Shown here: one piece after another, positions 12,336 through 22,677 of the stretch
How positions within the stretch are numbered: the first letter of the stretch is position 1
How the letters are laid out: each line of letters begins with the position of its first letter
NCBI GenBank assembly: GCA_963803975.1
Contig: CAWDOY010000014.1
Coordinates: 159,882-223,881, forward strand
From: an uncultured delta proteobacterium
GTDB lineage: Bacteria; Desulfobacterota; WTBG01; CAIYCZ01
Length of the DNA: 64,000 bases
Direction of reading: 5' to 3'
Position numbers and translations under genes: made by a program
The notes under the pieces: generated by a model
What the model saw: the letters and a program-made list of their open reading frames with translations, nothing else
What the model was told of the DNA's origin: nothing
Database searches by the model: none

Positions 12336-13502
12336 ATGGGCATCTTTCACCAGGAGCTAAGCCAGCTTGAGGAGGCGGGACTTTACCGGAAACTAAAAGA
12401 GCTGCGTTCTCAAACAGGGCCAACGGTTATAGTTGACGGTAAAGAGCTGCTCATGCTGTCCTCAAATGACTATCTGGGTTACTGTTCACACCCTGCCATA
12501 AAACAGGCAGCACAGAAGGCGCTGCATACCTGGGGCGCGGGGTCTGGCGCCTCCCGGCTCATCAGCGGAAACACAGCAATCTTCCGGGACCTTGAAAAAA
12601 AGATTGCCCGGCTGAAGGGCACTGAAGATGCTCTTGTCTTCAGTACCGGTTACATGGCAAATATGGGCCTTCTGACCGCAGTGGCAGAAAAAGGCGATGT
12701 GATCTACAGCGATGCGCTGAACCACGCAAGCATTATAGATGGCTGCCGGCTCAGCCGTGCGCAGGTAGAAATATTCCCTCATCGAGATACTAACGTCCTC
12801 GAAACTCTGCTTGAAAAGGGGAAGCAATTCAGAAGACGCTTCATTATAACGGATGGCGTTTTCAGCATGGATGGCGATCTTGCTCCTCTTCCCCGCCTGG
12901 CAGAGCTTGCCACGGCCTATTCCGCGCAACTCATAGTGGATGATGCCCACGGGACCGGAGTCCTTGGCAGCCATGGAGGGGGTACTGCTCAGCATTTTGG
13001 ACTGGAGGGGCAGGTTGATATTATAATGGGAACCATGGGAAAAGCGCTTGGATGCTTTGGCGCCTTCGTAGCCGGCAGCAGTGAACTGAGAGAATATCTC
13101 ATCAACCGGGCGCGAACTTTTATCTTTACCACCGCCCTTCCGCCAGCGGTGATAGCAAGCGCGCTTGAAGCAATAGACCTGATTGAAAGAGAGCCCCTGA
13201 AAAGGCAGGCGCTGTGGGACAATGTCCTTTTTTTCAGAACGGGCTTAAACGATCTGGGCTTTAACACCCTTGAAAGCACGACGCATATCATCCCCATTTT
13301 AGTTGGTGATGCTCATACAGCGGTACGCCTCGCAAACGATCTCATGGAGGAGGGGCTGTTTATTCAGGCAATCCGCCCCCCCACGGTTCCTGAAGGAGCG
13401 TCACGCTTAAGGACTACGCTGATGGCAACGCATACAAAACAGGACCTTTCCCGGGCGCTTGCGGTTCTGGAGAAAGCAGGTAAAAAATATAATATACTAT
13501 AG
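12336..13502 (+). CDS. bioF: 8-amino-7-oxononanoate synthase
   Basis: SSNDYLG, GSGASRL, DALNHASIIDG, FSMDGD, DDAH, GTMGKALG (PLP Lys) and AIRPPTVP. Confidence 0.96.
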   Translation: MGIFHQELSQLEEAGLYRKLKELRSQTGPTVIVDGKELLMLSSNDYLGYCSHPAIKQAAQKALHTWGAGSGASRLISGNTAIFRDLEKKIARLKGTEDALVFSTGYMANMGLLTAVAEKGDVIYSDALNHASIIDGCRLSRAQVEIFPHRDTNVLETLLEKGKQFRRRFIITDGVFSMDGDLAPLPRLAELATAYSAQLIVDDAHGTGVLGSHGGGTAQHFGLEGQVDIIMGTMGKALGCFGAFVAGSSELREYLINRARTFIFTTALPPAVIASALEAIDLIEREPLKRQALWDNVLFFRTGLNDLGFNTLESTTHIIPILVGDAHTAVRLANDLMEEGLFIQAIRPPTVPEGASRLRTTLMATHTKQDLSRALAVLEKAGKKYNIL

Positions 13503-13545
13503 CGGGAGCAAGGTAAAAAGGTTTCAGAACCGGCAGTTGCTATCA

Positions 13546-14340
13546 ATGAATAACACCATGCACTATCAAACATGCGGTACGGGAAAGCCCATCGTGCTCA
13601 TCCATGGCTGGACCATGGATTCCCTGGTCTGGTCAGCTTTCATTGAGGAGTTTTCTGCTGACTATAAAATTATTGCCGTTGATCTCCGAGGACATGGCAA
13701 GTCCGGCTCGATGCCCGGCCCCTATACCCTCGGGTCCTTTGCCCGGGACCTGGCAGACCTCATGGGAAGCCTGGCGCTACAGGATGTTACCCTGGTGGGA
13801 TGGTCCATGGGCGTGTCGGCCGTGCTTAAAATGTTTGAACATGCACTGCCCGGTGTTGGCTCGCTGGTTTTTATCAGCGGCACGCCGTCGCTTGTTGCCC
13901 GGGAAGATTACCCGCATGGCTTGCCGCGGGGAGAAGCGAGCGGCCTGCTGCGAAACATCAAAAGAGAGTATCAGTCCGGCCTGGCAGGTTTTTATAAACG
14001 TATGTTTCAGGGCGATGACGTAACGCATCCGCACCGGGGAAAAATATATGCGCTCGCTGCTGATACTGCCCGGGCTCCGCGGCAGGAAGTTGCCTGTGAA
14101 ACGCTTCAGTCCATGCAGCAGGAAGATCTGCGGGCGCACCTGAAAAATATCCGCGTCCCCGTCCTGCTCATTCATGGAAGCCTCGATCGCATCTGCCTGC
14201 CCGCAGCATCGCGCTACATGGCTGAGCAGATACCCGGCTCCTCTCTGCATATAATAGAAGCAACCGGGCACGTTCCATTCCTCTGCGCGCCGGAAAAAGT
14301 TCACCGGGAAGTGAAAAAATTTATTCAGTTATGGCAATGA
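13546..14340 (+). CDS. bioH: Alpha/beta hydrolase, pimeloyl-ACP methyl ester esterase-like
   Basis: LIHGW, nucleophile GWSMG, Asp in HGSLD and His in GHVPF. Lies between bioF and bioC. Confidence 0.8.
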   Translation: MNNTMHYQTCGTGKPIVLIHGWTMDSLVWSAFIEEFSADYKIIAVDLRGHGKSGSMPGPYTLGSFARDLADLMGSLALQDVTLVGWSMGVSAVLKMFEHALPGVGSLVFISGTPSLVAREDYPHGLPRGEASGLLRNIKREYQSGLAGFYKRMFQGDDVTHPHRGKIYALAADTARAPRQEVACETLQSMQQEDLRAHLKNIRVPVLLIHGSLDRICLPAASRYMAEQIPGSSLHIIEATGHVPFLCAPEKVHREVKKFIQLWQ

Positions 14341-15186
14341 GCGCTATTGATAAAACATTCGTAAAAAAATCCTTTAACCGCCACGCGGCCACCTATGATG
14401 CCTATGCCGTGCTGCAGGGACGGCTGGGAGACCGCCTGCTGCACTTTCTTAATGGCTCGCTGCCGGCTGCTCCCTGCATTCTTGATATCGGCATGGGGAC
14501 CGGTACCACGACCATGAGCTTGCTGCAGAGGTTCCCCGCTGCCCGCATTCACGGCTGTGACCTTGCGCTCAATATGATTGCCCGGGCGCGGGCGCAAGAA
14601 GCCCTGCAGAACCGGAAACAGTATTTCATTGCTGCGGACACGGAGTTTCTTCCCTACCGGGAGTCTTGCTTTGACCTGGTAATTTCAAGTTTTACCCTGC
14701 AGTGGCTTGAACAGTGGGACCGGGCAGCGCACGAGATATTCCGGGTTCTGAAGCCCGGCGGCATCTTCCTCTGTGCAGCCTTTGGCGAACAGACATTTAA
14801 GGAGCTGAAAGCCTCCTTTGTCCGTGCCTGCGGGGAGACCGGGTATAACCACGGTGAAGCGCTCCGTCTGTATGGCAGCCAGGAGCACTGTTCCGCCGTG
14901 CTGCGTGCAGCCGGATTTATAAAATCCTTCGCCACAGCTAACCTGCTGACGCAGCACTATCAGTCGGTCGCGGATTTAATCCGTTCCATAAAGGGCATGG
15001 GCGCGCAGAACGCATCCCTGAGAAGAAACCGGGGGCTGGGGATGCGCCGCATCTGGGACACGAATGATCGCGCTGTATGAAGCTGACTTCAGGCAGCAGG
15101 ACGGGATTGCTGCCACCTATCAGGTTATTATGGGCGGTGGTCAAAAGCCGTCCCCGGCATTGCACAACGAAAGACTGCACGTGTAA
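14331..15186 (+). CDS. bioC: Malonyl-ACP O-methyltransferase; frameshift near 15060
   Basis: SFNRHAATYD, LDIGMGTG, SSFTLQW and IKGMGA. The shifted frame gives RMIALYE...IAATYQVI with stop at 15186. Confidence 0.88.
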
Positions 15187-15344
15187 TTAAAATAAGTGTA
15201 CTCATAAATTATTTGCAATAGCTGCCTTCCCTGGTATATACTGCAGCTGGATTTAACCGTGCCGTGCGCATACGGGTACGGGCTGCTGATACCGAGCGCA
15301 GCAGCTGGGCGCGGGAAAATCGTGAGAGTAAGGGATGTAGCGTC

Positions 15345-17228
15345 ATGGCAGAAAAACTGGAAGAGATAAAGAAACGGTACCCTGAAAAGTTTGCTTCAGA
15401 GCGTGGCATATTTTCGCACATACATCCCGGTGACCGGATATTTATCGGCACTGCCTGCGGCGAGCCGCAGTATCTGGTGCGCGCCCTCATTGACTATGTG
15501 AACGCCAATCCCAAGGCTTTTTTTGACGCTGAAGTAATGCATGTCTGGACCCTTGGTCTTGCCCCCTATGCCGACGAGAAATTCAAGCGCAACTTCCGGC
15601 ACAATTCTTTTTTTATCACTGACAACACCCGCAATGCCGTCAATACCGGGCTTGCAGATTACAGCTCGATATTTTTTTCCCAGATTCCATCTCTGTTCCA
15701 CCGCGGCATGGTAAAGGTGGATGTAGCCCTGATTCAGACCTCGCTTCCTGATGAGCACGGCTACGTCAGCCTTGGCATCAGTGTTGATATCGTTAAGGCA
15801 GCGACTGAAAACGCCAAGCTGGTTATCGCTCAGGTCAATCCCTATATGCCGCGCATTCACGGCGATACCTTTATTCATGTGGCAGATATTGATTATATTG
15901 TTTCCTGTGATGAACCGCTGCTTGAGTTTGGGACCACTGTACCGGACGACATTGCAGACCGCATCGGAAATTATATTGCGCGCATCGTGCTGGATGGTGA
16001 CACCATCCAGGTAGGCTATGGCAGCATTCCCAATGCCATTCTCACCCACCTGCATACGAAACAGCACCTCGGCGTCCATTCAGAACTGCTTACTCCCGGA
16101 GTCGTGGCCCTCATGCAGGGCGGCGTCATTGATAATTCCCGGAAAAGCCTTGACCGCGGGAAAACAGTGGCCGCCTTCTGCATGGGCAATAAAGCAACCT
16201 ATGACTTCCTCGACGATAACCCCAGCATCGCCTTCAGGGCTATTGATTATACGAACAATCCCCTGATCATAGCCAGTCAGAAAAACATGACCGCCATCAA
16301 TGCCGCACTGCAGATTGACCTTACCGGCCAGGCGACCGCAGAATCCATCGGCAAGCGTTTTTACAGCGGGGTTGGCGGACAGGCAGACTTCATGCGCGGC
16401 ACAGTGCTGGCGCCCGGCGGAAAAACCATTCTTGCCGTCCGTTCAACCTCAAATGATGGTCAATTCTCACGGATCGTGCCCTGCCTTGATGAGGGTGCCG
16501 GCGTCACCCTGGTGCGGGGAGACATGCACTATGTGGTGACCGAATACGGAATCGTGTATCTGCATGGGAAAAATGTCCGCGAGCGGGCGATGGACCTGAT
16601 CTCAATCGCTCATCCCAAATTCCAGCCCTGGCTCATTGAAGAAGCTAAAAAGCTTGGCTACATATATAGAGACCAGGCATTCATTCCCGGCAAGAAGGGC
16701 GAGTACCCGGTAAACCTGGAAACCCATCGGGCAACAAAAACCGAACTTGAGATACTGCTGCGGCCGGTAAGAATCAGTGACGAACCGCTGCTCAAGGACT
16801 TTTTCTATGCCCTGTCAGACCAGACCACCTACCGCCGGTTTATCTCTGCGCGCCGTGATATGCCGCATGAGCGGCTGCAGGAGTTTGCCGTTATTGACTA
16901 TACCAGGGAGATGGTGATCCTGGCGCTCATAGCGGGCGAGGGAAAGGAAGAAATTCTCGGCATAGCACAATACGGCATCGATGATGTGACCCACACCGGC
17001 GAAGTCGGCGTGGTGGTGCGGGACGACTTTCAGGGGCGGGGTGTCGGCACCGAGCTGTTGTCTTATCTAACCTATTTGGCAAAGAGACAGGGTCTGCTGG
17101 GATTTACCGCAGAGGTGCTCGTTGAAAACAGGCCCATGATGAGCCTGTTTGAAAAAATGGGCTTTGATCTTGAAAAGCGCAGAAGCGAATATGTGTATGA
17201 ACTGAAGATGGCTTTTCGGGCGACTTGA
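15345..17228 (+). CDS. Acetyl-CoA hydrolase/family I CoA-transferase fused to a C-terminal GNAT acetyltransferase
   Basis: LGVHSE (catalytic Glu position), SGVGGQADF and VVTEYG, then GNAT with VRDDFQGRGVGT and VLVENRPM. Confidence 0.92.
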   Translation: MAEKLEEIKKRYPEKFASERGIFSHIHPGDRIFIGTACGEPQYLVRALIDYVNANPKAFFDAEVMHVWTLGLAPYADEKFKRNFRHNSFFITDNTRNAVNTGLADYSSIFFSQIPSLFHRGMVKVDVALIQTSLPDEHGYVSLGISVDIVKAATENAKLVIAQVNPYMPRIHGDTFIHVADIDYIVSCDEPLLEFGTTVPDDIADRIGNYIARIVLDGDTIQVGYGSIPNAILTHLHTKQHLGVHSELLTPGVVALMQGGVIDNSRKSLDRGKTVAAFCMGNKATYDFLDDNPSIAFRAIDYTNNPLIIASQKNMTAINAALQIDLTGQATAESIGKRFYSGVGGQADFMRGTVLAPGGKTILAVRSTSNDGQFSRIVPCLDEGAGVTLVRGDMHYVVTEYGIVYLHGKNVRERAMDLISIAHPKFQPWLIEEAKKLGYIYRDQAFIPGKKGEYPVNLETHRATKTELEILLRPVRISDEPLLKDFFYALSDQTTYRRFISARRDMPHERLQEFAVIDYTREMVILALIAGEGKEEILGIAQYGIDDVTHTGEVGVVVRDDFQGRGVGTELLSYLTYLAKRQGLLGFTAEVLVENRPMMSLFEKMGFDLEKRRSEYVYELKMAFRAT

Positions 17229-17371
17229 GCATACGCATTGCTGAGGTTACGCACTGTATGGAGCCTGACCGACAGGCTGTTGAGGAGTAGTCTCGTAACA
17301 CCATGCCGGTCAAACACCTTCAGCAGCTTCCTCAGCCAGTTCTCGGTAACAAATAATCGAAGCGAGGATGT

Positions 17372-18653
17372 ATGGACTGCATAGGAACAAGAAATCTACG
17401 CCAGGTTTTAGAATACAAAGCCAAACAGTTTGGCAGCAGGGAATGTCTTGTGTTCGAGGACGCAGACGGTTATGTGGTCTCATACACCTACCGGGCGTTT
17501 GATGACATGGTCAACCGGTATGCCAATGTCCTGCTGCGCAACGGCATTAAAAAGGGCGACAAGGTTACCATCCATCTGGCCAATTCTCCTGAATATCTCT
17601 TTTCCTTCTTTGCCCTTGCTAAAATCGGCGCCATCATCATCCCCACCAATATTCTCTCCGGGGCGCCGGAAATGGAATATTTTCTTGATTTCACTGACTG
17701 CGTGGGCATTGTTACCGAACCGCGCTATATGGACCTGATCGGCGGCATCCGGGGCACGTGCAAAAAGCTGCAGAAGATTTTTTTGGTCAGGACTTCCCCC
17801 TGGTATCCTAATACCAGATTATATCCTGATACCACCATCATTGCTGACGAGCTGAAAGACACGCCGGCCATCCTTCCTGAAGTATCCATAGATGTCGAAG
17901 ATGATTTGATGATGCTGTTTAACCACGATCCGTCACGTCCCAAGGCAATACAGATGACCCATGCCAATGCCGTATTTGCCGGGATATTCGGCGCCCAGGC
18001 ATGGAAAATTGTTACTCAGGACCGCCACCTGCTTACCCTGCCCCTGTTCCACATCAATGCCCTGTTCATTTCCGTTATGCCGGCCCTGACCGCCGGTGCC
18101 GCTATCATCCTTGCCGAACAGTTCAATGCCAGCCGGTATATGGAGCAGGTGCGCAGCCATCGGGCAACAACGGCCAGCCTGGTTGGCGCCATGGTGAGAA
18201 TGATACTTAAAGAGCCGCCAGACAGAGCGTGATGCTGATAACAGCCTGCGTTTTATCATCTATGCCATTGCGGTCACGGATGAGGAATGGGACGCATTTG
18301 AATCCCGCTTTCAGGTTCGTCTGTGCGATTTGTGGGGCATGACCGAAACCCTGGGAGCAACCACCATAAATCCCCTTGACGGCATCCTGAAGAAAAACTG
18401 CATCGGCCTTCCCCGCCTCAGCAACGCGGTCAAAGTGGTTGACGAAAACAGTGTTGAAGTCCCCGCAGGAACAACCGGAGAGCTCGTGGTGCAGGGTGTG
18501 CCCGGCAGGACCATCATGAAGGGATATTATAAAAATGCCGACGCAACCCGGGAGACGGTCCGGGACGGATGGCTGCACACCGGTGACTATGCATACATGG
18601 ATGCAGACGGTTATTTTCATTTTGGGGGCAGGAAAAAAGAGCCTGCTGCATGA
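17372..18653 (+). CDS. CaiC-like AMP-binding protein; degenerate P-loop, no C-terminal domain; frameshift near 18225
   Basis: LPLFHINA, WGMTET, GELVVQGVPGRTIMKGYY and WLHTGD...DADGYFHFGGRKK followed by a stop. The P-loop reads FNHDPSRPK. Confidence 0.82.
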
Positions 18654-18851
18654 GTGCGGCGGTTAACCGCAGCGGGGGAAACAGGTTGTCAGGGAGACGG
18701 GTAATCCCTGATAAAGCGGCCGGCAACGGGAGATGCGCTCGGTTCAGTACAGAGAACATCTCTGCGGATATGCGGTTTTGGAAATAAGCACTTGAACGCG
18801 TGCACGGTTAAATCAATTAATGGCATCTCAACTTAACATTGGAGGTTGATT

Positions 18852-20126
18852 ATGGAACAACTAAAGCCCGGACCCTTAAATGGTGTCACAATTCTGGACT
18901 TCACCTGGGTGCTGGCAGGCCCTTTTGCCACGCGGATTCTGGGAGACATGGGAGCATACATTATCAAGGTGGAGCGCTATAAAGACGGAACCAATGAGCG
19001 CCATCTGCCGCTGCGGATTACCCACAACGGCGTGACCCAGAGCTCTTACAATCTTAACTGCAACCGCGGTAAAAAAAGCATCTGCATAAACCTGAAAAGC
19101 CCCCAAGGCATGAAGCTGATCCATGAACTCATCAAAAAAAGCGATGTGCTCATTGAAAACTTTGCCCCCGGTGTTATGGACCGGCTGAAGCTTGACTATG
19201 AGTCGGTGAAAAAGATCAATGAGAAAATAATCTATTGCTCGGTTTCCTGCTTCGGCCACTGGGGCCCCTACAGCCATAAACCGGGCTATGACATGATTGC
19301 CCAGGGCGCAAGCGGCTGGACCGATCAGAGCATCAGCCCGCAGATAGCGCCGGTCTCCATCGGAGACATGACCGCCTCGGTTAATGCGGCAGTGGCAATC
19401 TGCGCGGCGCTCTATTCCCGGCAGCAGACCGGCGTTGGTCAAAATATAGATATTTCAATGATGGACTGCCTGTTTGCCTTCCATGAAAATACCCTTCCCT
19501 GGTATCTGATCAGCTCCGCAATCGGAAAGCCTGTTGACCCGCCCAAGATCGGCCGCCATCATCCGGGCTATGCGCCGTACGGCATTTACAAGGGCAAAGA
19601 CGGCTACATCACCATCGCCTCGCTCACGCAGCCGCGCTGGGAGGGTATTGTCAAAACCATGGGCCGGGATTATGAGTGGCTGCTGAAAGACCCGCGGGCA
19701 GCTACGGTTTCCACGCGCTGCTGCGAGGAAAACGCCCCCTTTATTCACAAGGTGGTGGAAGAGTGGGTGATGGCACAGGATTCGGTTGCAGAGGCCGAGC
19801 GCAAGCTTGAGGAAAACGAATGCCCGTGCCTGCGCGTGCGCTCTGTTAAAGAGCTCGCTGATTCTGACCCGCAGATAAAGGCGCGGGAAATGATGGTCGA
19901 GGTGGAGCAGCCGTTTATCGGCAAGGTGAGAATGTACGGCAGCCCGCTTAAGATGTCTGAAACACCAACCGGCATACGAGGGCCCGCGCCGCTGCTCGGC
20001 CAGCACACCGAGGAGATTCTTGCCGATGTTTTAGGATATAAGAAAGAGCAGGTAAAAGAGCTGTATGACCAGGAAGTAGTATATAACGAGCCGGCGGTCG
20101 ACAGGCTCAAGGCAGGTGAAAAATAA
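18852..20126 (+). CDS. CaiB/BaiF family III CoA-transferase
   Basis: LAGPFATRILGDMGA, NRGKKSI, DVLIENFAPG, PGYDMIAQG, SIGD (catalytic Asp position) and APLLGQHT. GGAGG RBS at 18841. Confidence 0.95.
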   Translation: MEQLKPGPLNGVTILDFTWVLAGPFATRILGDMGAYIIKVERYKDGTNERHLPLRITHNGVTQSSYNLNCNRGKKSICINLKSPQGMKLIHELIKKSDVLIENFAPGVMDRLKLDYESVKKINEKIIYCSVSCFGHWGPYSHKPGYDMIAQGASGWTDQSISPQIAPVSIGDMTASVNAAVAICAALYSRQQTGVGQNIDISMMDCLFAFHENTLPWYLISSAIGKPVDPPKIGRHHPGYAPYGIYKGKDGYITIASLTQPRWEGIVKTMGRDYEWLLKDPRAATVSTRCCEENAPFIHKVVEEWVMAQDSVAEAERKLEENECPCLRVRSVKELADSDPQIKAREMMVEVEQPFIGKVRMYGSPLKMSETPTGIRGPAPLLGQHTEEILADVLGYKKEQVKELYDQEVVYNEPAVDRLKAGEK

Positions 20127-20134
20127 CGGGGTAC

Positions 20135-20371
20135 TGGCGGCGTAACGTACTGCAGCATACTTGAAGACGGGTATTTAGCAGTTTGTTGAAAAGTAGTTTT
20201 TCCAGGCTGGTCAAAAACATCCAGATGCAAGGCGCGCGAAATCAAGAGGAATGAGGCGTACTTTACAGTACGTCGCAATGACGAAGGATGAGCGCAACGA
20301 AGCAGATGGGTGTTTTTCAACAGCCGATGGCGGCGTGACGCACTGCAGTATACATGAAGACGGGTAGTTAG
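20135..20371 (+). repeat. 44-bp imperfect direct repeat pair (20135-20178 and 20328-20371)
   Basis: TGGCGGCGTAACGTACTGCAGCATACTTGAAGACGGGTATTTAG vs TGGCGGCGTGACGCACTGCAGTATACATGAAGACGGGTAGTTAG (39/44 identical). Confidence 0.9.
20176..20325. mobile_element. ~150-bp MITE-like element, copy 1
   Basis: Ends TAGCAGTTTGTTGAAAA ... TTTTCAACAGCC. The core GGCTGGTCAAAAACATCCAGATGCAAGGCGCGCGA...GAGGAATGAGGCGTAC...GTACGTCGCAATGACGA is shared with 47067 and 50039. Confidence 0.8.
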
Positions 20372-20541
20372 AGGGTATGGGAACAGAGAGGAGGCAGGTG
20401 AAGCTGAACAGAACCGACACTGACGTAGGGAACGGGAATGACTATGGATTACAACATTGCGGAGGCGGAGGCGGAGGGGAGAAACGGTGCAGGCAGGACA
20501 GGGATAAAGGAGTGTGTCATGAAGATGGTTCGAGGTGCAGT

Positions 20542-22677
20542 ATGAGAGCTAACGTACCGGACATAAAATATTTATTTGAGCCGCGTTCAGTCGCGGTCAT
20601 CGGAGCGTCACAGGATACCACCAAATTAGGCTTTCACGTCACCGATAACATTGTCTCCGGGGGGTATGCGGGCAGGGTTTACCCGATTAACCCCCGGGGC
20701 GGAGAAATATGCGGCCGGCGCGCTTTTAAAAGTATCGAGGATGTGGACGATGAAATTGATTTAGTATCAATCGTGGTGCCGGCAAAATTTGTCTATGAAG
20801 CAGTGCAAAGCTGCGCCCGGAAAAAGGCGAAGTTTGTTTCCATCATAACTTCAGGCTTTGCGGAAGTTGGAAATGTAGAAGAAGAACAGAAAATAGTGGC
20901 ATGCGCCCGGGAAAACGGCATGCGCATTCAGGGGCCCAACATATTCGGCATCTATTCCTGCGCGAGCTCACTCAATGCCACATTTTCCTCCGGCTCTCCG
21001 GAGCCCGGCAGCGTTGCCATCATCACCCAGAGCGGGGCTCTGGGGCTGGGCATGATCGGCAAGACCGCCATTGAGCATCTGGGCCTGTCCTGTATTGTCT
21101 CGGTCGGCAACAAATCTGACCTGGACGAGGCAGACCTGCTCGAATACCTGATCCCGCAGGAGCAGACCAGGCTTATTTTCATGTACATTGAAGGAGTGCA
21201 GGACGGAGAAAAGCTCATCAAGGTGCTCTCTGCAGCGACCAGGAAAAAGCCGGTCATCGTGCTGAAATCCGGCCGCTCCGAGCGGGGCGCCATTGCCGCA
21301 GCCTCCCATACCGGCTCTCTTGCAGGCGCTGACGATGTGTTCGACGCCATCATGCGGCAGTGCGGCGTGCTGCGGGCGGAATGCGTGAAGGAAGGGTTTG
21401 ACTGGTGCAAATTTATTGCAAACACCCCCGCGCCCGCCGGAGAAAATACGGTCATCATAACCAACGGCGGCGGCATCGGGGTTATGGCTACCGACGCCGC
21501 GGAAAAATACAGCGTCAGCCTGTATGATGACGCTGCAGTATTGAAGGAAGCCTTTACTGCGGTAACCCCTGATTTCGGCTCCACCAAGAATCCCGTGGAT
21601 ATTACCGGGCAGGCCGGCCCCAAAGAATACAACCTGTCCCTTGATACAGCACTCCGGCATCCGGACATGCACGCGGTCATGTCGCTCTACTGCGAGACCG
21701 CGGTCTTTGATGCTGACAGCCTCTATTCGATGATAACTAAAAACACCCGAAATTACCGGGAAGGCGGTAAACCCCTGGTTTTTGCCGTGTTCGGCGGCCG
21801 CAAGTCTGAAGACTGCATTGCCCGGTGCCGGGAGCAGAGCATCCCGGTATTCAGCGATGTGTATGAGGCGGTGTCGTGCCTGGGGGCTCTCTATCGCTAT
21901 AATAAGTACCGCAACAATACCTCTGATGGTGCGGCCAGCGCTAAGCTGGACATCAAGGCGATCGAGGAGATTGCCCGGCGGGCGATACTGCAGAACCGGT
22001 TTTTCCTGCTGGCCAATGAAGCACAGGCTATTATGAAGATCGCCGGCGTGGAGGTCCCCAAGAGCTCGGTTGCCCGGAACCTTGATGAAGCAGTGCGCTG
22101 CTCAGAGGATATCGGATACCCCGTGGTTATGAAAGTTGTTTCCAAGGACATCATTCATAAGAGTGATGCCGGCGGGGTTGCCCTCGATCTGGAAAACCGC
22201 AATGAGGTCATTGACGCCTATCAGGCCATCATGCACGACTGCAAAGCCTATAACCCCGCTGCCGTTATAGAAGGGGTTGAACTTGCAGAGATGGTAAAGC
22301 CCGGAACTGAACTCATTATCGGCGCCCGCAGGGATGCAACCTTCGGCCCTATCGTGATGGCGGGCCTGGGCGGCATTTATGTCGAGGTCATGAAAGACGT
22401 GACCTTCCGGTCTTTTCCCCTTGACCGCAAAGAGGTGATGAACATGATCAAGGAGATCAGGTCATACCCGCTGCTGCTGGGAGTGCGCGGTGAGGAGAAG
22501 AAGGATATCGACGGGGTGGCTGATATAATCATTAAGCTCGGCTCCCTCATTGAGGATTGCCCGCTCATCTCTGACATTGAGGTAAATCCGCTGCGTGTCT
22601 ACGAGAGCCGGGGAGTGAAAGCTGTTGATGTGAGAATTTTACTTTCTAAAGTTGAGAGGAGTACTAAACATGAATAA
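20542..22677 (+). CDS. ADP-forming acyl-CoA synthetase (acetate--CoA ligase family, fused alpha+beta)
   Basis: FEPRSVAVIGAS, GPNIFG, QSGALG, GNKSD, AASHTGSLAG (phospho-His retained), and ATP-grasp HKSDAGGV and FGPIVMAGLGG. GAGGTG RBS before ATG 20542. Confidence 0.93.
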   Translation: MRANVPDIKYLFEPRSVAVIGASQDTTKLGFHVTDNIVSGGYAGRVYPINPRGGEICGRRAFKSIEDVDDEIDLVSIVVPAKFVYEAVQSCARKKAKFVSIITSGFAEVGNVEEEQKIVACARENGMRIQGPNIFGIYSCASSLNATFSSGSPEPGSVAIITQSGALGLGMIGKTAIEHLGLSCIVSVGNKSDLDEADLLEYLIPQEQTRLIFMYIEGVQDGEKLIKVLSAATRKKPVIVLKSGRSERGAIAAASHTGSLAGADDVFDAIMRQCGVLRAECVKEGFDWCKFIANTPAPAGENTVIITNGGGIGVMATDAAEKYSVSLYDDAAVLKEAFTAVTPDFGSTKNPVDITGQAGPKEYNLSLDTALRHPDMHAVMSLYCETAVFDADSLYSMITKNTRNYREGGKPLVFAVFGGRKSEDCIARCREQSIPVFSDVYEAVSCLGALYRYNKYRNNTSDGAASAKLDIKAIEEIARRAILQNRFFLLANEAQAIMKIAGVEVPKSSVARNLDEAVRCSEDIGYPVVMKVVSKDIIHKSDAGGVALDLENRNEVIDAYQAIMHDCKAYNPAAVIEGVELAEMVKPGTELIIGARRDATFGPIVMAGLGGIYVEVMKDVTFRSFPLDRKEVMNMIKEIRSYPLLLGVRGEEKKDIDGVADIIIKLGSLIEDCPLISDIEVNPLRVYESRGVKAVDVRILLSKVERSTKHE

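Noticed and set aside
17272..17337. Possible fourth, degenerate MITE-like copy (CAGGCTGTTGAGGAGTAG...GCCGGTCAAACACC)
   Set aside because: Only a weak resemblance to the left end; the conserved core is absent.
18220..18240. In-frame TGA in the CaiC-like gene as possible selenocysteine
   Set aside because: The same frame hits TGA and TAA immediately after; the homologous sequence continues in another frame, so it is a frameshift.
20135..20371. Repeat-spacer-repeat as a mini CRISPR array
   Set aside because: Only two units, a 149-bp 'spacer' that is itself a multi-copy element, and no cas genes.
20377..20541. N-terminal extension of the ADP-forming synthetase with poly-Gly
   Set aside because: Low-complexity sequence; a good RBS precedes ATG 20542, where family similarity begins.
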